A stretch of DNA of 64,000 nucleotides from positions 21,886,001 to 21,950,000 of the forward strand of contig OZ287749.1 of the NCBI GenBank assembly GCA_965649765.1, written 5' to 3'. The stretch is from Bispira polyomma (taxonomy: Eukaryota). The translations under genes and the position numbers were made by a program. Within the stretch, counting starts at the first letter, position 1, and each line of letters opens with the position of its first letter. This document shows, one piece after another, positions 40,060 through 47,876 of this stretch. The notes under the pieces were generated by a model, which worked only from the letters and a program-made list of their open reading frames with translations, ran no database searches and was not told the origin of the DNA.

Positions 40060-41870
40060 TAACTCCAAAAAAGTAAAAAACTTTGAGAGTTTACAAGCCG
40101 TCAGAAGAACAATAATTAGTCCGAGCAGTCTCACAAACAAAATTAGAATGAGGATTTCCCGCTGAATCGGAAAGAAGCTACCTTCACGCATGCGCAGTAC
40201 ACATTGTCGGTTGGGGTTTTACGGCAAGAAAAGTCTTTTAAAAAAGGCTTTTATTCAATGCTCGAGCGGGTAATTCAAAAATAGAATTAAGCACACTGTG
40301 AGGATAAAGTAAGGTGTATAAATCGTAATAAAAAGATCACATACCTGTGTGTGGCCATCTTTCTTAAATTCAGCTACAATATTGCTGGTTACAGGGATTC
40401 AAAATAAATACATAAACTACTTGTTTTAAGTAGTAAATACCAGCCTTGTATACATTTATTTAAACTTATTACCGCATCTCTTATTAACTCCAATTTAACT
40501 TGCACTTTACAGCATCCAGTTACTTTGTCCCTTACTCATTGTTAGTTAGTTTAGTGATACAAATGCTTTTATCTTGAATGTATAAACACTGCCCATTATT
40601 CTGGAGGACAGTAAAAAGGGGGGCTTTATGTAAAGTTACATAATCAACTATAGCTTTTGAACTGTGTCATCTACATTTACAATACATGCTTTTTGTATTA
40701 ATAAAAAATATTACCCTAAAACACAAAGCATGAGAATATGCTCAAAGTGATTGCACCTTTTACACATGCAGACAATTTTTAGAATAGGAATTCTGCTATC
40801 AAATGGGACATAAAGGGTAAGTGGGCTGTGTACTATAAAGACTAAAACGGCAACTAAATACGTTGTAATATGTCATGCGAAAAAAAAAACAATTAGAGTA
40901 GCATATCCATGTAGGGAGAGAGACAAGCATGCTCCACTGGAACTGAATAAAATAATACACCAAATATCAAACAAAAAATAGGACTACAAAATGTATCTGG
41001 CAAATGTAATCTGGCAAAATATGTAACTTTCAACTACATCTGGCTGATTAGTGTTACGAGACTTTATAAGTATTCATTTATAAAATAAATCTAGATAAAC
41101 AATAAAAGGTATTTATTTTCATGCTCAATATTTTTTCAGGGTTACACACATTTTCACTTACAAAATTCCTTAAATTTTCCTTGACGTTTCACTGGATAAT
41201 TTACAAAAGTTTCTCTGGCCAAATATTCAACACAATATATTCCCACCACAATTCAATAAATTAATTGTGGATACACAAGAAGTATGTTTTGCAACATAAT
41301 AAGAAAAATAGTAAATATTGTAAAATTTTCACAGTCCACCACAGATATAAAATGTACACTCCAATATTTCTGTATAATATGACAATTCCACAACATACTC
41401 AAAGCAAATAAAAACCTTTAGTGAACTTAAATTCATCATCAGTTTAGTTGTCATGTTGGTAATATATGGCATTAATTGGGGTCACATGATGAGGGATGAG
41501 ATAATAGCCTAAATGAAGCTTTAACTTCGGTTTATTGATCTGTTACAATTCTCAATATAGCAAAAGTTAAAGTATAAATTTTGTGTCCAGGTACCCTGAG
41601 ATTGCAAATATAGGCTATCATTGTTTAATACCTCTCCTTGACCTGTGACCACTGTTTTGTCATTGATAATTGAACAAATATTAGTCATATTAGTTTGTGA
41701 CTATTTTAGATCTACTAATTAGTTACATGCATAATAAAATATACCACAAAGCTATGGCCACCTTAACCTAAATTTACAAGCTTTAGTTTAATCTTTTAAG
41801 TTAAGGTTTAGCTTCGATTACTACTACGTAACATTTAAGTATGGGTTAAGATTTACATAGGCCATGTTTT

Positions 41871-41975
41871 TAGCAGTCACTGCAGGCACGGCATGACCCT
41901 TCAGTCGAGGGCACAATAAAACACCTTTACTCCCTAGCTAGCTATGCTGAGCACAATATCACACGTTTACATCAG
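41871..41975 (+). repeat. Repeat A1, 5' part (equals 51546-51650)
   Basis: 105-bp direct match with one mismatch. Confidence 0.95.
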
Positions 41976-42399
41976 CCTCTCACCCAGGAGGGGCTGGCAG
42001 GCCCAATTTGCCCGGCCAGCCAAAAGAAAATTGACCATACAAAGCAAACAAGTTTGTTACACATTTGGGTTGTTTATTCATACATAAAACACATGTTAGT
42101 AACTACTACCTCTCAAGTTGAGGTTACCTTAATAATGCACCTGCTAAATATGATTACTCCTTAATCCTCCCACTTTAAGGTGGCGTTGACCTCAGCATGT
42201 TCTTTTACATGTCACACTTAAGGTTGCCTAAAGCTGGGTTAAGGTATTGTTAAAGTGATAGCACCCTTGCATGTTGTTAGTTAAGGTGACCTTTCCCCTG
42301 AAGGGCCTCTACAGTCTATTTGTTATGCTAAACCTAGTTTATTTACACTACTATATAATTTGATATAATGTATGATATAACTTGCCAAACCCAATGTAA

Positions 42400-43401
42400 T
42401 TATTTGTAGGTGTGTGCTGTGGTTAAGTGAGTGTGGAAGGCAGCTGCTACTAGTCCCGCTGTTTTGGGGGTTTTTACCAAGTAACGCCAGATGGCATCTG
42501 AACGCCAACCGCCATGTACCTTAATATGTTGGAGGTCAACGTGGTGGTCGAAAGCCCATGAAGCAGCCGACCTTCTAAGAGCATGGAAGCCATATTCAGC
42601 TGGGATGAGGCCTATTTGCTGCACTAAGGCAGAGAAAACTTTACGTACGTGGAAGGCCGTAACCACGACGTGTGTACCTGACTGTGTGTATTGAAAAAGA
42701 GGGGTTTTGTTTGAACAGGGGCTGGGGGGGCAAATATTACGCAGGGCCTGTACTGGGCATAAAGGGGAACCTGGAAGGTTAGGGACCTGGACTACCTGCG
42801 CTTACCCTGACACCTGCATGTTCTTTGCACACTTAGTTATTATGTGAGCCCCGGGCGCCCCCCAAACTACGTCCCGTGGTGTGGGAAACCTTGAGGGGTG
42901 ATAAAGAGTCGCTTTAGATAAAACCAAGGTTGCAAGTCTAAAGAACCCAAAGAACCCTAACAGTATGATGGCTTTGTGTACCTTAGCCCCTGGAAACTTG
43001 GATACCAGGGATATTATCTGGATAAGTTTGTCTACAGAAAGAACTCCTTTTACTTTATATCTGAGGGGTGCATTATGAGACACCACCTTGATCATGAGAT
43101 GCACTTTCCTATGCTTTAGCACCTGCAAGGGGAAGTCGTACATCTGGAAGAAGTGGTTAAGTACAGCTAAGTAGCCTTGTAGTGTCTGTGATCTGAGTCC
43201 CTGCTGGGCCAAGAACTCGAGGAATAGTAAGACTGGATTAAGGTCGTGGGGGACCTGGATTTTAAGGTGAGACAAAAAGGCTATGTACAGCCTGAATTTA
43301 GATTGGTAAGCCGAGGAGGTCCGGGGCCTGAAACCCGTAGAGATGCGTGAGTGGACATCTTGCAGCAACCGTCTGGAAAGGCTGTTACCTACAAGAATCA
43401 A
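42400..43401 (-). pseudogene. Tyrosine recombinase of the nested element with one in-frame TAA (42802-42804)
   Basis: ORFs 42802-43401 and 42400-42666 share a frame; FFGFFRLATL, KCAKNMQ, LCPV, HALRRSAA, HGGWRSDAIWRY (catalytic set otherwise intact). Confidence 0.9.
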
Positions 43402-45389
43402 ATGTCACAATTAGGTTTTGACCATTGAATGTCCACCGGGCACCAATTACATGTCTTCAGGTAAAGGACCTCGGCCTTGTTTGTGCTGTAAAAATGTTGC
43501 CAGCGTGACAATATATCTGCATACGTATTGTTACTTCCCCGAACGTGCTCCACTGAGATGTTTATATTAAACTTGGCCTGAATTAACCATAATGTCCTGG
43601 CACAAGCATTCAGAAAGACATCTTTACCTTTAGACTTATTAAGTATATGGACCACAGCCATATTGTCGCAATGGACACAAACGCTTGTATCCCTCCAACA
43701 ATCACCCCATAGTCTGAAGGCAATCAATATGTTACACATCTCGAAATGCACAATACCTAGGTGTTGTTTATACTCTTGGGGAATATCCACACTATATATT
43801 TGCCCTTCCCAATATGCCCCTAAACTTTGCGGTGAAGCATCTACAAATAATTGTTTTCTAGGGGAGTTCATTTGGTGAATGGCTGTAACCCCATTGTATT
43901 CTTGTAAAAATACACAAAACCAATTAAGGTCTTTGTGAAATGAATCATTTAAGGGGACCTTAGTATGAGGGGGAGTGCCTCTTAACACCCCCAAAATCCT
44001 GTTAACGAACAGCCTGGCAGGCTTAACACAACGGTGTATGTAGATCAATTTGCCCAGCAATTGTTGTAACTGTCTGCGTGTAGCCCAGGACTTGTGAGTC
44101 CATTGTTTACATAATTGGCTGATTTCGCTAAGTTTATTCGCTGGTATCGTCAGGACCCCTGTGCGTGCATTCACATTTATCCCCAAACATGTAACACTTT
44201 CTGAGGGGGAATCTACCTTTTCATAATTAATTGGGAGGCCTAATTCTGTGATTAAATTCTTGAGGGAGTTAAACCCAGCACTAGCCTTTCTGGGAGGCGC
44301 AACGCCCAAGAAATCGTCTAAATACGCGCACGTCCAGTGATCAAGTTGACGCAACAAGTGAGTGACGCAGTCTGACGTCATCTGACACGCGCTGGCGCCC
44401 GAGGAGAGCCCGAAGGACACACTTACGTCCACATAGTAATCACCCTCCCAACTTATCCCCAAGGCCCCATAGTCATATGGATCACTCCTCAAATTACGAT
44501 ATGCTCGTTTAAGGTCGATTTTATATATAAGGGCTGTAGGGCCTATCAAGGCTATCTGGTCCACTAAATCATCTATAGTTGGATAGGACAATTTAAACTC
44601 GACCTCATCAAACACGTCCTTGGGAATGCAACTGTTTACACTTTTGCCTTTAGGCCATGAGAGATCCACTATAATGCGTCTATTCCCGTCGGGCTTGGGG
44701 CGAGACATCAAAGGGGATACATGTAATTTTGGAAATGGGCTGTCCGCCAAAGGACCTACAATAGCCTTAAACTGGATTTCAGTGCTAAGATACTTGGCTA
44801 CATGCTGGGGGTAATTAGAAGCTGAGGCATGATTCACTGTAGTTTTACTATATTGAAACTGGTCATAATCCAGGGAAAGGGGGAAGCCATATTGCAAGTA
44901 TTCACAAACCACATTATAGTCGTAATCCTTAAGGTAGGAACGCCAAGCCTTTATGTTCAATTGGGAGGGGACAGATACTCTGGCCCCCCTATAGTTAGGG
45001 CATTGTTCTACTTGGGCGAGGGCATGAGCTTGTTTAACCCAACTAACCATGTCAGTGTCACTCAACTCCCGGGCTTCAGTCCTGTGCGCTAAATACTGCA
45101 CAGGCCAACTTGGAACAAAGCCCCTCAGCCACTTACCCAACGTTTCTCCCGAGCTAATTGTGACCCCACAGTCTTTCATTGAACGATCCAATTGTGAGGG
45201 GCTTATACCTTCAGTACACCTTAATTGGGTAACACTCGTGCCAAACTGCCCTTGCAATATAGCTGAGCTAATATTAACTGATTCTTGGAACAATTCAACG
45301 GTAGCAACACTTGAACTTCCCCCTAACTGGTCTTGTGACCAAGTACAATCACTATCGTCTGTCAGTAGGCCGAGCCGGCTCGGCAGCAT
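43398..45389 (-). CDS. Reverse transcriptase-RNase H of the nested element, open 663-aa ORF
   Basis: SPLMSRPKP, RRIIVDLSWP, YKIDLKRAYR, VSFG, AYLDD, CLGI; RNase H FVDAS, HFEMC, CDNMAVV, ADILSR. Confidence 0.93.
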   Translation of the reverse strand: MLPSRLGLLTDDSDCTWSQDQLGGSSSVATVELFQESVNISSAILQGQFGTSVTQLRCTEGISPSQLDRSMKDCGVTISSGETLGKWLRGFVPSWPVQYLAHRTEARELSDTDMVSWVKQAHALAQVEQCPNYRGARVSVPSQLNIKAWRSYLKDYDYNVVCEYLQYGFPLSLDYDQFQYSKTTVNHASASNYPQHVAKYLSTEIQFKAIVGPLADSPFPKLHVSPLMSRPKPDGNRRIIVDLSWPKGKSVNSCIPKDVFDEVEFKLSYPTIDDLVDQIALIGPTALIYKIDLKRAYRNLRSDPYDYGALGISWEGDYYVDVSVSFGLSSGASACQMTSDCVTHLLRQLDHWTCAYLDDFLGVAPPRKASAGFNSLKNLITELGLPINYEKVDSPSESVTCLGINVNARTGVLTIPANKLSEISQLCKQWTHKSWATRRQLQQLLGKLIYIHRCVKPARLFVNRILGVLRGTPPHTKVPLNDSFHKDLNWFCVFLQEYNGVTAIHQMNSPRKQLFVDASPQSLGAYWEGQIYSVDIPQEYKQHLGIVHFEMCNILIAFRLWGDCWRDTSVCVHCDNMAVVHILNKSKGKDVFLNACARTLWLIQAKFNINISVEHVRGSNNTYADILSRWQHFYSTNKAEVLYLKTCNWCPVDIQWSKPNCDI

Positions 45390-45831
45390 TTCGGCAGATG
45401 GGGGTCCTATGTTTCGGCGAGCTGTGAGCCGACGGCATCGGCTCCAGCGACAAGGCGGAATCTCTCACCCACTCCTGAGCATCTAGCCTCTCTTCAATTT
45501 CAGTGAACCTGTCCATCATCCTATCCAGCTTCGTCAGGAGGTCCACGCTTGCCGCCTTCCGTTTAGCGCGTTTCTTGGGGGCCTTACCTCTCACGTCTGC
45601 TTGGGATTGAGACTCGTCCACCGTCGCTAGTGATACTTCTGCAGTTGCTGGCCTCTGTGTAGAAATGGAAGGAAGTCCCGGAGTCTGCGCCTGTTCGCCT
45701 TCTGATGATGAGGAGCGATCCATAGCTCTCTTCTTTCTACATAAATTACCCAGTGGAGGGTTGTGCACAGAACGACAAGCTGAACACCGCTCCTTGCGTT
45801 TACTCCTGGTGTTATAAGATTCAGGTGGCAT
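45352..45831 (-). CDS. Short, probably internally deleted Gag-like ORF1 of the nested element (~159 aa from MPPESY)
   Basis: CSACRSVHNPPLGNLC is homologous to the host gag CSRCNIIHPRPVGNRC; basic patch and coiled coil follow; the KSGR/CCCH C-terminal half is absent. Confidence 0.7.
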   Translation of the reverse strand: MPPESYNTRSKRKERCSACRSVHNPPLGNLCRKKRAMDRSSSSEGEQAQTPGLPSISTQRPATAEVSLATVDESQSQADVRGKAPKKRAKRKAASVDLLTKLDRMMDRFTEIEERLDAQEWVRDSALSLEPMPSAHSSPKHRTPICRNAAEPARPTDRR

Positions 45832-46161
45832 TTCCAGACAATGATCACCCACTACTATCACATATGACACACATACACCACTTTGCACAACTACACACAT
45901 AACAAAATAAAATGACTAAAACGTTAAAAGTAGTAAATGTACTGTGTTTCTTAGTTTAAAATCCCCACAGAGCTTTTCATATGTTCTGTTCAAAAGCCTT
46001 TCCAAGAATGAGGGTTTTTGGACACTTGTGCACAAGCTTGGGCATTTTGGCGGGAAACCCAAGTTGTCACTTCAATTATGATTAATTGGTGAATGCTTTA
46101 CACTAGGTGAGAGGCTGAAATCTGACGCTGGCATTCCATAATGCACGCGTTCACTACACAG

Positions 46162-46310
46162 TCCACTTAACAAATGTTTATAAGTTAGGACCCAATCAGG
46201 CATGACCTACACAACCAATAAAAAATTATTTACCTCAAAGTTTTTCCCGCCTTTCCCATTGTGGGCTCACAAATTAGCTAGACACACAAGAGCTAGCATA
46301 CAAAAAGTTA
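46162..46310 (+). repeat. Repeat A1, 3' part (equals 51651-51799)
   Basis: 149-bp direct match with one mismatch. Confidence 0.95.
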
Positions 46311-46511
46311 GGAAAACGACAGCCATCTTGAATGTTACATATTTTAGAAAGAAATACAACGGTTTTAACCTTTTAGTGTTACCTATTTTAGTGTTTTACG
46401 TGTTACTTTTACAAATATACGTGTTTTACATATTGTGGAGTAATTCTTTATTGTGATAAAGTGGTGGAAATCATACACAAACGGACACTCTGAATATATC
46501 AGTAGGACACA

Positions 46512-47876
46512 ATGGGAAGAGGAAGAAAACGACAAGTAACACAACAGGGAGCATCCTGTTCTAGATGCAATATTATTCACCCGAGGCCAGTAGGTAACAG
46601 ATGCACAAGGGAAACTGATTTGCAGCAAACTGACATAGAGGGATAATTAACGGACGAGGACAACAATAGCGTCGTCTCAGAAGGACAAAGCATAGCAGGC
46701 GTAAGTACTGATAACATTTACCAGTCCCTTTTTGAGAGACAGTCTGTAATGATGGAGTCCATACTAAAATCAGTCACAAAGCTAGAGAGTGACGTCTCAG
46801 GTCTTAAAGCTAGAGAAGTTAAGTCGTTACCGCAGAGCAACCCAGCGACTGTCCCCCTCGTCAGCTCTTTAACTCAAGCTAACCTCGACATGCACTCGAG
46901 GCCAACACCAGTTTCTAGAATACGCAGAACAACAAATCACAACGGCCACATGCAGGACACCCCGGCCACACAACAAGTACACTCGCTAGCAGCACCAAAC
47001 ACTGCCTTACTGCCAACTCCCAGGCATTATGGGATTATAGAGGCACACACGACTACTCCTCTGCAGTTAAGCGCTGGTCATACCACACACACACCACACA
47101 CGGCTGAACCGACAGTACCTCATACACATGATGCCATACCACCTTCGATGGATATTCTACGCCATTCAACTCTTATACAGAATGAAGTCAATCAACGACT
47201 TGCACAGTACGAGACATGGGCTACAGAAAACAACTTGCAGGGTAAGCTTTTGTCTAAGAAAAAGTCAGGAAGATTTAACGTCTCTGAGGCTTGCACTTCA
47301 GACCCATCACTGAGCTGGCCCAACGAAGGGTGCCTAGCAGGGGTAGGTAGAAAACGCATAACGTATGACGACCTGTCGGTCGCTCAATTTGCCGCCGGGC
47401 AAATACAAAACGCCCTCGAAACTAAGCACCCTGTCGTATCTCGAGCCATGTTAAAGTAACTCGCGGATACAGTAAAAGATTCGGCTAATATATTATGGCA
47501 TGTTGCACGAGGAGCTTATGCTAGCAACATGCACGACATCGAGGAAGGACGCTTAACTTGGACAGACGACACAAAATGGACAATGAATAGGTTATCCTAT
47601 TCACAGGCGCTTATATCCAATTCCACTTCCACCCTCACGGGCACATCAACGGGAAATGGCAGCAGTAAGAAGGAAATGCCATGCAGGCATTTCCAGCGCA
47701 ACCAATGCCAACATAAGGCCGACCACGAATCCGCCACGATGTCATTCCGTCATATTTGCGCACATTGCTATAAGCTCAATAAACGAGCCAACCCACACCC
47801 AGAGATGAAATGCTACAAACTACATGGAAAACCAGATTCCACAGCTCCAGCTGTGGAATCTAAACATCAGGGGTAA
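46512..47876 (+). pseudogene. Gag-like ORF1 of the host Ngaro element with two in-frame TAA stops (46644, 47457)
   Basis: One frame from ATG 46512: MGRGRKR..CSRCNIIHPRPVGNRC, coiled coil, KKKSGR, YDDLSVAQF, then C-terminal CRHFQRNQCQHKADH and HICAHC..H...C fingers. Joins listed ORFs 46749-47459 and 47529-47876. Confidence 0.85.

Larger units (their letters stand above)
34807..40332 (-). mobile_element. Full-length but decayed DIRS1-type YR retrotransposon (gag-RT-RNaseH-MT-YR) with ITRs and ICR
   Basis: ITRs ~34853-34995 and ~40169-40313; ICR 35076-35106; TTT/AAA at both junctions. The empty paralogous site is at ~59990-60010. Confidence 0.95.
41973..46161 (-). mobile_element. Nested Ngaro-clade YR retrotransposon (short gag, RT/RH, YR) with hairpin and short asymmetric inverted-repeat termini
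   Basis: Precisely interrupts A1, with CAG at both ends (41973-41975, 46159-46161). Encodes gag-like, RT/RH and YR ORFs on the minus strand. No internal direct repeats seen. Confidence 0.92.

Noticed and set aside
41871-41975. Hammerhead ribozyme in the A repeat (CTGATGT and CTGAAGG on the minus strand)
   Set aside because: No CUGANGA core and no downstream GAAA or stem II.
46644-47459. Programmed readthrough of the TAA stops in host gag (and nested YR 42802-42804)
   Set aside because: There are several stops at unrelated positions plus a catalytic R-to-T change, and no readthrough context is evident; mutational decay is more likely.
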